Positions 1 through 9,095 of a stretch of 64,000 bases of DNA are shown here, in pieces. Every line of letters begins with the position of its first letter. Positions within the stretch are counted from its first letter, which is position 1. Source of the stretch: Candidatus Omnitrophota bacterium. GTDB taxonomy: Bacteria > Omnitrophota > Omnitrophia > Omnitrophales > Aquincolibacteriaceae. The position numbers and the translations under genes are program-made. The stretch is taken from positions 566 to 64,565 of the forward strand of contig JBDRCT010000010.1 of assembly GCA_043821445.1 (NCBI GenBank). Direction: 5' to 3'. The notes beneath the pieces were generated by a model. It made no database searches. It worked only from the letters and a program-made list of their open reading frames with translations, and was not told the DNA's origin.

Positions 1-540
1 GCTATTGAGATTAATCCTAAAAACGATAAACCCTATGTTGCATTAGGATGGCTTTATCAAGAGCGAGGCGACTTCTCCCAAGCCGAGGATTCCTACAGGA
101 AAGCTATTGAGATTAATCCTGAAAACGAGCACCTGCTTGGAGCAATGCCTTCATTGTATGAAAAAATGGATAACTCCGAACTGGCAAAAGAATATTTTAA
201 AAAAGCGAACCTGTTGAGAACAGAAAATTGTTCTGCAGTTACAGTAAACAGTTATCGAAAGCTCAAGGAGATTCTGGATGAAAAAGGGATTAAATTAGTT
301 TGTGTTCAGTACCCCATGCGCAATATAGAGCCACTCAAAAGGATCTTTGAGAGTGATAAAGGCGTTATCTTTGTCGATAATGAACGGATATTCAAGGACG
401 CGCTGAAGAAAGGACGTTACACGGAGTATTTTAAAGATATGTTTGCCATGGACTTTGGCCATTGCACTCGAAAGGGTAATATGCTTTTAGCCCAAAATAT
501 CGCTGATGTGATCCTCAAGGAAGTCTTTAACGAGTCGTAA
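1..540 (+). CDS. 5'-truncated TPR / split-SGNH hydrolase-like protein (paralogue 1, C-terminal part)
   Basis: Frame is open from base 1 (AIEINPKNDKPYVALGWLYQ...) into ORF 145..540. Last TPR units plus the C-terminal LVCVQYP...FVDNE...DMFAMDFGHCT block shared with the next three genes. Confidence 0.85.
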   Translation, partial: AIEINPKNDKPYVALGWLYQERGDFSQAEDSYRKAIEINPENEHLLGAMPSLYEKMDNSELAKEYFKKANLLRTENCSAVTVNSYRKLKEILDEKGIKLVCVQYPMRNIEPLKRIFESDKGVIFVDNERIFKDALKKGRYTEYFKDMFAMDFGHCTRKGNMLLAQNIADVILKEVFNES

Positions 541-582
541 GACCGGCGTCGTGTCGATGATCGTTCTACTTGCTGGTTTAAT
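525..582. repeat. 58-bp junction repeat between paralogues, copy 1 (attC-like geometry)
   Basis: 541-582 matches 2269-2310 at 40 of 42 nt. Imperfect hairpin bracketed by CTTTAAC and GTTTAAT. Confidence 0.75.
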
Positions 583-603
583 GCAGAGCGTGTAAAAAAA
601 TTT

Positions 604-2268
604 ATGAATAACAGATTCATGAAAATGACAACCCCTATCTGGCAAAAAATAGCCCCCGTGCTATTGGGTTTGATTTTATCTCTCGCGCTTCTTGAGGCAG
701 GCCTGCGCTTAGGCGGGTTTATTTTTTCTTCAATACAAGCGTACGAAAATTTTCAATCCACAAAACAAAAAGGTACCTATCGTATTCTTTGTCTTGGGGA
801 GTCGACCACTCAAAGACAATACCCTCATCTTCTCGAGAAGGTCTTGAACCAGCGAAATATCGGAGTACGCTTCAGCGTTATCGATAAAGGGAGAGCAGTG
901 ATGAACACTATTACTCTGCTGGAGGGAATAGAATCTAATTTGGCTGAGTACCGTCCCGATATGGTGGTTGCGATGATGGGGATTAATGATCAAGGGACCA
1001 AATATTATCATACTATACCGAAGTCTGACACTTGGTTATTTAGGCACTGCCGAACCTATCGATTCGGTCGTATCCTCTTCATGCATATTTTAAAAAAGAT
1101 CAAACGAGAGGACATCGATGGATCCAACAAAGTAGATTCAAAAAGAAAAGCCCGGCCCAAAAATGCTGCGACTGTTTCTAAAAAAGCATATCTTTCGAAT
1201 GAAACATCCGTGAAGAAAGTTACCCAATTAAATTTGAAAGACGCAAAGGGAACCTACGGACCCCGAAGCCCTTCTCTAAGCCGTAGCGGGTTTGCTGAGA
1301 CTGAGGAATCCTTAAAGAAGGCCATTGAGCTTAATCCGGAAAACGATAAAGCCTATGTTGCATTAGGGTGGCTTTATCGAGATCAAAACAGATTAATCGA
1401 AGCCGAAGCCTCTCTCAAAAAAGCTATAGAGCTTAATCCTAAAAATGAGAATGCCCACGTAGATTTAGGGGGGCTTTATAAAAACCAGGGCAAATTCCAC
1501 CAAGCCGAGGATTGCTACAAGAAAGTCATCGAGATTAATCCTGGAAACGATAATACCTATGTTGAATTTGGGTGGCTTTATCGAGTTCAAGGAAACTTCA
1601 TCCTAGCTGAAGCCTTTTTTAGAAAAGCTCTAGAACTTAATCCTAAAAACGAGCATGCCTGCAATAGATTAGGATGGCTCTACTCCGATCAAGGCAAATT
1701 CGCTTTAGCAGAAGACTTCTACAAGAAAGCCGTCGCCCTTGATCCTAAGAACGACAATTCCTACTTTGCGTTAGGAGTGCTTTATCGGGATCATAGCCGA
1801 TTATCCCAGGCTGAAGATTCCTTCAGGAGGGCTTTCGAGATTAATCCTGACAACGAGCGTGCGCTTGGGGCCATGTCATCCTTGTACGAACAAATGGGTA
1901 AGCCCGAACTGGCAAAAGAATATGCCGAAAGGGCGAACGGGTTGAGATCAGAAGAGTGTTCTGCCGTTACAGTGAACAACTATCGAAAACTGAAAGATAT
2001 CCTGGACAGAAAAGGGATCAAACTTGTTTGCGTGCAGTATCCCGTGCGCAATGTGGAGCCACTCAAGAGAATCTTTGAGAAAGATAAAGGCGTTATCTTT
2101 GTCGATAATGAACGGGTATTCAAGGATGCGTTGAGAAAAGGAAGTTATAAAGAGTATTTTAAGGATATGTTTGCCGGTGACTTTGGCCATTGCACTCGAA
2201 AAGGCAATATGCTTTTAGCTCAAAATATCGCCGATGTGATCCTCAAGGAAGTCTTTAACAAGGAGTAA
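604..2268 (+). CDS. Membrane-anchored TPR protein with split SGNH/GDSL hydrolase motifs (paralogue 2)
   Basis: N-terminal hydrophobic helix; RILCLGESTT (block I), DMVVAMMGIND (block III), 6 x 34-aa KAIELNP-type TPR units, C-terminal GDFGHC (block V DxxH). Confidence 0.85.
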   Translation: MNNRFMKMTTPIWQKIAPVLLGLILSLALLEAGLRLGGFIFSSIQAYENFQSTKQKGTYRILCLGESTTQRQYPHLLEKVLNQRNIGVRFSVIDKGRAVMNTITLLEGIESNLAEYRPDMVVAMMGINDQGTKYYHTIPKSDTWLFRHCRTYRFGRILFMHILKKIKREDIDGSNKVDSKRKARPKNAATVSKKAYLSNETSVKKVTQLNLKDAKGTYGPRSPSLSRSGFAETEESLKKAIELNPENDKAYVALGWLYRDQNRLIEAEASLKKAIELNPKNENAHVDLGGLYKNQGKFHQAEDCYKKVIEINPGNDNTYVEFGWLYRVQGNFILAEAFFRKALELNPKNEHACNRLGWLYSDQGKFALAEDFYKKAVALDPKNDNSYFALGVLYRDHSRLSQAEDSFRRAFEINPDNERALGAMSSLYEQMGKPELAKEYAERANGLRSEECSAVTVNNYRKLKDILDRKGIKLVCVQYPVRNVEPLKRIFEKDKGVIFVDNERVFKDALRKGSYKEYFKDMFAGDFGHCTRKGNMLLAQNIADVILKEVFNKE

Positions 2269-2310
2269 GACCGGCGTCGTGCCGATGATCGTTCTACTTG
2301 CGGGTTTAAT
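2253..2310. repeat. 58-bp junction repeat between paralogues, copy 2
   Basis: Near-identical to 525-582; a diverged third copy of the same length lies at 4188-4245. Confidence 0.75.
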
Positions 2311-2319
2311 TTAGGGTAC

Positions 2320-4203
2320 ATGACAACATTTATGAATAAAGACGATTTTACACACGGGGTGGTCTCGATCTTCCGGAAAACGGTCATTGTTCTATCCAGC
2401 CTGATCTTATCTCTTGCGCTTCTTGAGGCAGGCCTGCGACTGGGCGGGTTTATTCTGTCCTCCATACAGGGGTCCGAGAATTTAAGATCCATCAAACAGA
2501 AAGGCGCTTATCGTATTCTCTGCTTGGGGGAGTCGACCACTGCGGGACAATATCCTCATCTTCTCGAGCAAGTCTTGAACCAGCGCAATACCGGGGTGCG
2601 GTTCAGCGTTATCGATAAAGGCAAGAGTGCTATAGACACCAATTTCCTACTCAATCGAGTCGAATCTTATTTGACCGAGTATCATCCCGATATGGTCGTT
2701 GCGATGATGGGAATGAATGATCAGGGTGTCAAATATTATGAAGACATACCGGAGTCTGATACCTGGTTATTTAGGCACTGCCGAACCTATCGATTCGGTC
2801 GGATCCTGTGCATGCACCTTTTAAAGAAACTCTTGGAAAAGGATGTCTACGGTTCAGACAGGGCAGATGGGAGGAGAAAGTCCAAGCTGAACGGCAAAGG
2901 GACGGCTATTGAAAAAGCAAATCTTTCGAATGGAACATCCAAAGAGAAAATGACTCGATCAGATTTGAATGACGCCAAGAGAACACCCGGACCCTCAAGC
3001 TCTTATCTAAACGGCGGCAGGATTTCCAAGACCGAGGAATCCTTCAAGAAAGCCATCGAGCTTGATCCTGAAAATGATAAGGCCTACGTTGAAATGGGGC
3101 AGCTTTATCGAGAGCGAGGCGAATTCCCCCAAGCCGAAGATTTCTTAGGGAAAGCCATTTTGCTTGATCCGGGAAACGATAAGGCCTACGCCGAATTAGA
3201 GAAACTTTATCGACTTCAAAGCAGAGTATTCCAGGCCGAAGACTTCTTTAAGAAAGCGATTGAGCTTGATCCTAAAAGCGCTAATGCCTATGTTGGATTA
3301 GGGAGATGTTACCTGCTTCAGGAAAAATTCTCCCTTGCCGAAGACTCCTTCGAGAAAACTATTGAGATTGATCCAAAAAACGCCAACGCCTATGTTGGAT
3401 TTGGGTGGCTTGATCGATTTCAAGACAAATTCCCCCAGGCTGAAGACTCCTTTAAGAAAGCGATTGAGCTTGATCCTGAAAACGCTAATGCCTATGTTGG
3501 ATTAGGGTGGCTTTATCGATTTCTAGACAAATCATCCCAGGCTGAAGCTTCTTTCAAAAAAGCTATCGAGCTTAATCCTGAATATGCTAGGGCCTACACG
3601 GAATTAGGGCAGCTTCATCAAGAGCGAGGCCAATTCCAACAAGCCGAAGACTTCTTCTGGGAAGCCATCAAGCTTGATCCTGAAAACCAGAATGCGTATC
3701 TTCCATTAGGGGGGCTTTATCGGCTTCAGGACAAATTCTCTGAGGCTGAGGATGTATTTAAGAAAGCCATCGCGATTAATCCTGAAAACGATCGCATACT
3801 TGGAGCGATGGCGCTGTTATGCAAGGAAATAGGCAAGCCCGAGCTGGCCAAAGAATATGCTAAAAAGGTAAATGAGCTGAGATCAGAGTATTATGCCCCG
3901 GTGACAGTCAATAACTATCGCAAGCTCAAGGAAATCCTGGATAAAAAAAGCATCCAACTGGTCTGCGTGCAGTATCCCGTGCGCAATGTGGAGCCACTCA
4001 AGAGAATCTTCGCGAAAGACAAAGGCGTTTTTTTCGTCGATAACGAGCGGGTATTCAAGGAAGCAATAAAGCAATCAGGTTATAATGAATATTTTAGAGA
4101 TATGTTCGGCGGTGACTTTGGCCATTGCACTCCAAAGGGTAATATGCTTTTAGCTCAAAATATCGCCGATATGATCCTAAGAGAGGTATTTAACAAGCGG
4201 TAA
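2320..4203 (+). CDS. Membrane-anchored TPR protein with split SGNH/GDSL hydrolase motifs (paralogue 3)
   Basis: Same architecture: TM helix, ILCLGESTT, GMND, 8 TPR units, GDFGHC. Confidence 0.85.
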   Translation: MTTFMNKDDFTHGVVSIFRKTVIVLSSLILSLALLEAGLRLGGFILSSIQGSENLRSIKQKGAYRILCLGESTTAGQYPHLLEQVLNQRNTGVRFSVIDKGKSAIDTNFLLNRVESYLTEYHPDMVVAMMGMNDQGVKYYEDIPESDTWLFRHCRTYRFGRILCMHLLKKLLEKDVYGSDRADGRRKSKLNGKGTAIEKANLSNGTSKEKMTRSDLNDAKRTPGPSSSYLNGGRISKTEESFKKAIELDPENDKAYVEMGQLYRERGEFPQAEDFLGKAILLDPGNDKAYAELEKLYRLQSRVFQAEDFFKKAIELDPKSANAYVGLGRCYLLQEKFSLAEDSFEKTIEIDPKNANAYVGFGWLDRFQDKFPQAEDSFKKAIELDPENANAYVGLGWLYRFLDKSSQAEASFKKAIELNPEYARAYTELGQLHQERGQFQQAEDFFWEAIKLDPENQNAYLPLGGLYRLQDKFSEAEDVFKKAIAINPENDRILGAMALLCKEIGKPELAKEYAKKVNELRSEYYAPVTVNNYRKLKEILDKKSIQLVCVQYPVRNVEPLKRIFAKDKGVFFVDNERVFKEAIKQSGYNEYFRDMFGGDFGHCTPKGNMLLAQNIADMILREVFNKR

Positions 4204-4283
4204 GATTATCAGTATGCCGGCGGTCGCTCAGCCTGTGGGTTGAATTCAGGGTGCGGAAAAAATTATAGAAAAACTCCTTTAAA

Positions 4284-6131
4284 ATGACAATTTTGACTTG
4301 GCGGAAAACAACCGTAGGGTTCCTTAGGATAATTTTGTTTTTTGTGCTCTTGGAGATGGGATTGCGTTTTGGCGGGTTTGTCATGTTTTCGATACGAGAG
4401 TACGGAAATGTACAGTCCATAAAACAAAACGGCGCCTATCGCATTCTCTGCTTAGGAGAGTCCACCACCCGGGGACAATACCCTCATTTTCTCGAACAAA
4501 TCCTAAACCGGCGTAATGCCGGGGTGCGTTTCAACGTCATAGATAAAGGCAACGTCGCTGCAAACACCCTCTTTATATTAAATCAAATAGAATCTTATTT
4601 GGCCGAGTACCGTCCCGATATGGTCGTTGCAATGATGGGGAACAATGATGAGGGCATCAAATATTTCCAGGATATATCCGAGGCCGACACAGGGATCTTC
4701 CGGGATTGCCGGATCTATCGATTCGGCAGGATCCTCTATAGGTACCTTTTGCAGAAGATCAAGCGAGAGCACATCAATAAATCCAACAAAATGGATTCAA
4801 GTAGAAAAACCAAGTCAGAAGATGCGGGGAACGCTTCCAAAAGAGCAAATCTTTCGAATGAAACATCCGCAGAGAAAATAACAAAGTTAGATTTTAGGGG
4901 AAATGAAGCGAACCCCGGACCGAGAAGCTCTTATTTGAACCGCAGCAGGCTTCCTGAGGCCAAGAAATTGGCAGGGAAGGCCGCCGAGCTCCATCCGAAA
5001 AACGAAAATATTTATCTTAGATTAGGGGGGCTTTTTCGAGAGCAAGGCGAATTTCTCAAGGCCGAAAACTCTTTTAAGAAAGCCATCGAGATTGATCCTG
5101 AAAACGATGATGCCTGCATTGAATTGGGACGGCTTTATCTCGACCGTGGCAATTTATCACTAGCCGAAGATTCGTTTAAGAAAGCTATCGAGATTAATCC
5201 TGAAAGCAATAAGGCCTACGTGGATTTAGGGAGGCTTCATCGAGAGCAAGGTGAATTCCCCCGAGCCGAAGATTTATTCAAGAAAGCCATTGAGATTAAT
5301 CCTGAAAATGATGCGATCCGCGTGGATCTAGGGACGCTTTATCGCGATCAAGGGAAGTTTGTTCAAGCCGAAAATCTATTTAAGAAAGCTATCGAACTTA
5401 ATCCCCAAAATAATCACGCTTATGGCGAACTAGGAAGGCTTTATCAAATTCAATTTAAAAAATCCGAACTCGGAGACCTCTTTAAGAAAGCTATCGAGCT
5501 TAATCCGGAAAACGATTACGCCTACTTTGAATTAGGGTGCCTTTATAAAGAACAAAGGGAGTTCTTTCAAGCCGAAAACCTATTTACGAAAACCATTGAG
5601 CTTAATCCGGAAAATGATCTTGCCTACGCTGAATTGGGCCGGCTTTATCGAGAACAAGGCAAATTGCCTCAAGCCGAAGACATGTTTAAGAAAGCTATCG
5701 AACTTGATCCTAAAAATGAGCGCGTGCTTAGGGCCATGTCATCGTTATACGAAGAGACAGGCAAACCCGAACTAGCGAAAGAATATACTGAAAAGGCAAG
5801 CAGGTTGAGATCAGCGCGTTATGCTGCGATCACAGTTAATAACTTTCGAAAGCTGAAAAAAATCCTGGATAGAGAAGGGATCAAACTGGTTTGTGTGCAG
5901 TATCCTTTACGTAATGTGGAACCGTTAAAGAAAATATTCGAGAACGATAAGGGCGTTATCTTTGTAGATAATGAGAGCGTATTCAAGGAAGCACTGAAGA
6001 AAGATAGCTACAAAGAGTATTTTTGGGATATGTTCGCCGGTGACTTCGGCCATTGCACCCCCAAAGGCAATTTGCTTTTAGCTCAAAATATCGCCGATGT
6101 GATCCTTAAGGAAGTATTTAACAAGCAGTAA
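4284..6131 (+). CDS. Membrane-anchored TPR protein with split SGNH/GDSL hydrolase motifs (paralogue 4)
   Basis: Same architecture: TM helix, ILCLGESTT, GNND, 8 TPR units, GDFGHC. Confidence 0.85.
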   Translation: MTILTWRKTTVGFLRIILFFVLLEMGLRFGGFVMFSIREYGNVQSIKQNGAYRILCLGESTTRGQYPHFLEQILNRRNAGVRFNVIDKGNVAANTLFILNQIESYLAEYRPDMVVAMMGNNDEGIKYFQDISEADTGIFRDCRIYRFGRILYRYLLQKIKREHINKSNKMDSSRKTKSEDAGNASKRANLSNETSAEKITKLDFRGNEANPGPRSSYLNRSRLPEAKKLAGKAAELHPKNENIYLRLGGLFREQGEFLKAENSFKKAIEIDPENDDACIELGRLYLDRGNLSLAEDSFKKAIEINPESNKAYVDLGRLHREQGEFPRAEDLFKKAIEINPENDAIRVDLGTLYRDQGKFVQAENLFKKAIELNPQNNHAYGELGRLYQIQFKKSELGDLFKKAIELNPENDYAYFELGCLYKEQREFFQAENLFTKTIELNPENDLAYAELGRLYREQGKLPQAEDMFKKAIELDPKNERVLRAMSSLYEETGKPELAKEYTEKASRLRSARYAAITVNNFRKLKKILDREGIKLVCVQYPLRNVEPLKKIFENDKGVIFVDNESVFKEALKKDSYKEYFWDMFAGDFGHCTPKGNLLLAQNIADVILKEVFNKQ

Positions 6132-6159
6132 GATCAGCAACTTGCGGAGAGTCAAAAAA

Positions 6160-7902
6160 ATGTCAAGGGGCGGTGTTCCTGGTGAGAAAATAAAAGAAGA
6201 TCGTCTCTCGTGGATTGCCTTGCTGTTGCTTTTTGCATTTCATGTCATCAATAACATGGTGATCATTTTTCAGGATTCGACGCCTTTCATAGCCGATGCT
6301 TCCGATTATTATAAAATTAGTTTTTTTTATTGGAAAGGATGGATGGATTTTATCAATAGTGGGGATTTTTATTTTCTCCATTCCATCCTACGCACGGGGA
6401 ACGGCGGACAACTCGCCGCCCTTCTGGCGATCCCTTTTTTCTCCGTCTTTGGCGTGAGCCATGATGTCGCTATTTTGGCGAACCAAGCGTTCTTCCTGAT
6501 CCTCCTGCTCAGTATATTCGGGCTAGGCAAGATCTTATGGGGTCGCACGACAGGACTCTTGGCGGCTTTTATAATCTCGTTCTATCTCGGAGTGGTTGGT
6601 TTTTCCAGGGTCTATATGCTGGAATTCCCTATCCTGGCGATCTCAACGGCGTGCGTGTATTTGCTGATCAAATCAGAGGGGTTCAAGAATTTCAAATATT
6701 CTTTGTGTTTCGGTTTTGTATTGGCCATGGGCGAGTTATTAAGACCCCGGTTCGTCGTTTATATTGTTGTCCCCGTCCTTTTTTATGTGATCAAGAACAT
6801 CGTCATTCTTTTAAGACGAACAGAGGTTTTGGCGTCAATCTCGGTAAAAAAGATAGCGATCAATATCCTTACTTCAGCCGTTCTTTCGTGCCTTATCCTC
6901 CTTCCGTGGTATCCCATGGACAAGATCTCCGAATACTTCAGGATCCAGATATTATGGTCAACATGGCCAGCTCTTTCAAAGATCGGTCCAACATTACCCC
7001 ACTATCTGCAGATGTTATGGGAGGTGAATTTGGGTTGGTTTTTTACGTTTCTATTTTTTCTGGGGCTGGCGATTTCTTTGTTCGAGAAAAACAAAAGACC
7101 CAAGATCTATTTTCTTCTCGTGTGGATTGCGCTTACATTGATTCTTGTTGCCATGTTTGGATTGAAAAATTTTTTCCGGCTCGAAATTCCTTTATTGGCT
7201 CCCATGGCCCTTATATCCGCTGCGGGGATGGAAGGGCTATCCAAACGGAAGATCGGCAAGTATCTCGTGGTTGCCTTTTTGATCTTGGGGATATTTCAAT
7301 ATTTTTTTATCTCTTATGGCAATCAGTTCGTTGATGGGAAAGAGGAACGCCAGCGTTTGGAGGAAATATCTTTGTCGCGAGGGTTGTTGCAAGCTGCGCG
7401 TCACGATTGGTCCCTGGATGAGCTCATGTCTACATTTGAAGAGCGCAGGAATTCAAATAAAGAATGGGACTGGCGATTTATAAATGCAAACCGTATCTAT
7501 CTGATGGGGGGGAGTTTTCGTCCATTGACAGACGATCTTATCAAAGTTTTAAATGCCGATCTTCGGGGTTCGCTTATTAACAATGAAATGGAAGAAAGGA
7601 TTCTCATCGGTGGGCTCCCCATCGTTGTTATGGGCTTGTATACAGACCAGTTCAACTGCAACATATTATTTTCGGATAAAGAGCTTCAACATATCGTACT
7701 TGGCGCGGATTATGTCATGAGATATAAAGCAAAGTGGCCTGAAGGGAGCTTTATTGATAAGATCCTTGATATTTTTGATGCCAATATCTCGCGATTTGAA
7801 AAGCTAAAGATCGTGGAGACACCCCGGGGTGAAATTTCGATCTACGGAAGGAAAAAAGAAGATGCGAGCGGCGGTCATCCCATGACAGGCGCCACTCTCT
7901 GA
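6160..7902 (+). CDS. GT-C fold glycosyltransferase (ArnT/PMT, GT39/GT83-like) integral membrane protein
   Basis: About 11-13 hydrophobic segments; acidic loop after TM1 (FIADASDYY); GLLAAFIISFY...SRVYMLE and R..IPLLAP motifs; soluble C-terminal domain. ATG at 6160 preferred over TTG at 6142. Confidence 0.7.
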   Translation: MSRGGVPGEKIKEDRLSWIALLLLFAFHVINNMVIIFQDSTPFIADASDYYKISFFYWKGWMDFINSGDFYFLHSILRTGNGGQLAALLAIPFFSVFGVSHDVAILANQAFFLILLLSIFGLGKILWGRTTGLLAAFIISFYLGVVGFSRVYMLEFPILAISTACVYLLIKSEGFKNFKYSLCFGFVLAMGELLRPRFVVYIVVPVLFYVIKNIVILLRRTEVLASISVKKIAINILTSAVLSCLILLPWYPMDKISEYFRIQILWSTWPALSKIGPTLPHYLQMLWEVNLGWFFTFLFFLGLAISLFEKNKRPKIYFLLVWIALTLILVAMFGLKNFFRLEIPLLAPMALISAAGMEGLSKRKIGKYLVVAFLILGIFQYFFISYGNQFVDGKEERQRLEEISLSRGLLQAARHDWSLDELMSTFEERRNSNKEWDWRFINANRIYLMGGSFRPLTDDLIKVLNADLRGSLINNEMEERILIGGLPIVVMGLYTDQFNCNILFSDKELQHIVLGADYVMRYKAKWPEGSFIDKILDIFDANISRFEKLKIVETPRGEISIYGRKKEDASGGHPMTGATL

Positions 7903-7935
7903 GCCGCGGAAAAACTCCTAAAAAAGGAAGAAAAG

Positions 7936-8250
7936 ATGCAGGAATTTAAAAATGTGACGATTGTAAAAAAAGTGAATAGCTATTTTGAAGGGAAAGCGAC
8001 GAGTCGCACTGTTCTCTTTCCCGATGGTTCCAAAAAAACACTAGGCGTCATGCTGCCCGGAGCGTATGAATTCAGGACCGCCGAGAAGGAGATCATAGAG
8101 ATCTTTTCCGGAAATTCGGAAGTTCAACTCCCGGGCTCGGTGGAGTGCCAAACTGTTAAAGGCGGTTCGTCTTTCGAAGTTTCGGCACAGTCCGAGTTCA
8201 GGCTTAAGGTCAGCGAACTCACGGACTACTGTTGCTCGTTTATCAGTTAG
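7936..8250 (+). CDS. ppnP: Pyrimidine/purine nucleoside phosphorylase (YaiE/DUF1255)
   Basis: N.YFEGK..SRTVLFPDGSKKTLGVMLPG.YEF.T..KE..EI and C-terminal DYCCSF; 104 aa; AAGGAAG RBS. Confidence 0.9.
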   Translation: MQEFKNVTIVKKVNSYFEGKATSRTVLFPDGSKKTLGVMLPGAYEFRTAEKEIIEIFSGNSEVQLPGSVECQTVKGGSSFEVSAQSEFRLKVSELTDYCCSFIS

Positions 8251-8518
8251 CTTCCGGGAGGATCTTCTGCGGATCTTGGACCCAACCCGTCCGTCACAAA
8301 CGCCAAACAAAAAGCGGTTTTTTAAAACGATCCCTACTACGTGCTTCCGGACATTATGATATAATTCCGCCATGGCGCCCGAGTCTTTGTTTTCTTTTTA
8401 TGGATGGCGACTTAGACAATAAAGGGAAATCATGGCGTCCTCGTTCACCGCAGGTATTTTTGAATTGAAAACGAGGACAGTCATGATTTTCAATTCTTTT
8501 TTAAATTAAAGAGAAATC

Positions 8519-9022
8519 ATGGCAAAACTCAAGATCCGGACTTATCCCGATCCCGTCCTCAAGAAAAAAGCGGCGCCCGTGACCGATTTCGGACCCGCGA
8601 TGCAGAAGCTTTTTACCGACATGATCGAGACCATGCATGCTTCTGACGGCGTGGGTCTCGCCGCGCCCCAGATCGGGACCTCTCAGCAAATTTTCATTGC
8701 CTGCCCGACCATGCGCCGAGGCGAAGAGTACGTCATGGTGAACGCCGTGATCGAGAAAAAGTGGGGAACATCGGTCGCCCCCGAAGGGTGTTTGAGTCTG
8801 CCCGGGATCTCCGGCGAGATCGTGCGCGCCGCCAAACTCCGGCTGTCCGTTCAAGATCGCCGCGGAAGGAAATGTCTGGTCGAAATCGAAGATTTTTTTG
8901 CCCGCGTCATCCAGCACGAAATGGACCACTTGAACGGGGTCCTCCTGATCGATCATTTCAAAGGTGCGGTGCGGGAACGATTGATCGAAAATTATTACAC
9001 CCTGAAGAATAAAGGCATGTAA
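8519..9022 (+). CDS. def: Peptide deformylase
   Basis: GVGLAAPQIG, EGCLS and QHEMDH motifs; upstream of fmt. Confidence 0.97.
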   Translation: MAKLKIRTYPDPVLKKKAAPVTDFGPAMQKLFTDMIETMHASDGVGLAAPQIGTSQQIFIACPTMRRGEEYVMVNAVIEKKWGTSVAPEGCLSLPGISGEIVRAAKLRLSVQDRRGRKCLVEIEDFFARVIQHEMDHLNGVLLIDHFKGAVRERLIENYYTLKNKGM

Positions 9023-9023
9023 C

Positions 9024-9082
9024 TGGCGCAAAGCTCAAAACGCAAAGTAGCCATCACCCCTTGCGCCTTGGCCTTTATGCCA
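9024..9082. repeat. Heptamer tandem repeats forming an inverted pair
   Basis: CGCAAAG CTCAAAA CGCAAAG ... CCTTGCG CCTTGGC CTTTATG between def and fmt. Confidence 0.55.
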
Positions 9083-9095
9083 CGGATAGGTCTCT

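Noticed and set aside
1310-5790. CRISPR array (regularly spaced DNA repeats)
   Set aside because: The 102-nt period is in frame and encodes TPR units; there are no unique spacers or cas genes.
6537-7334. 265-aa alternative-frame ORF inside the glycosyltransferase
   Set aside because: No recognisable features; fully nested in a better-supported CDS.
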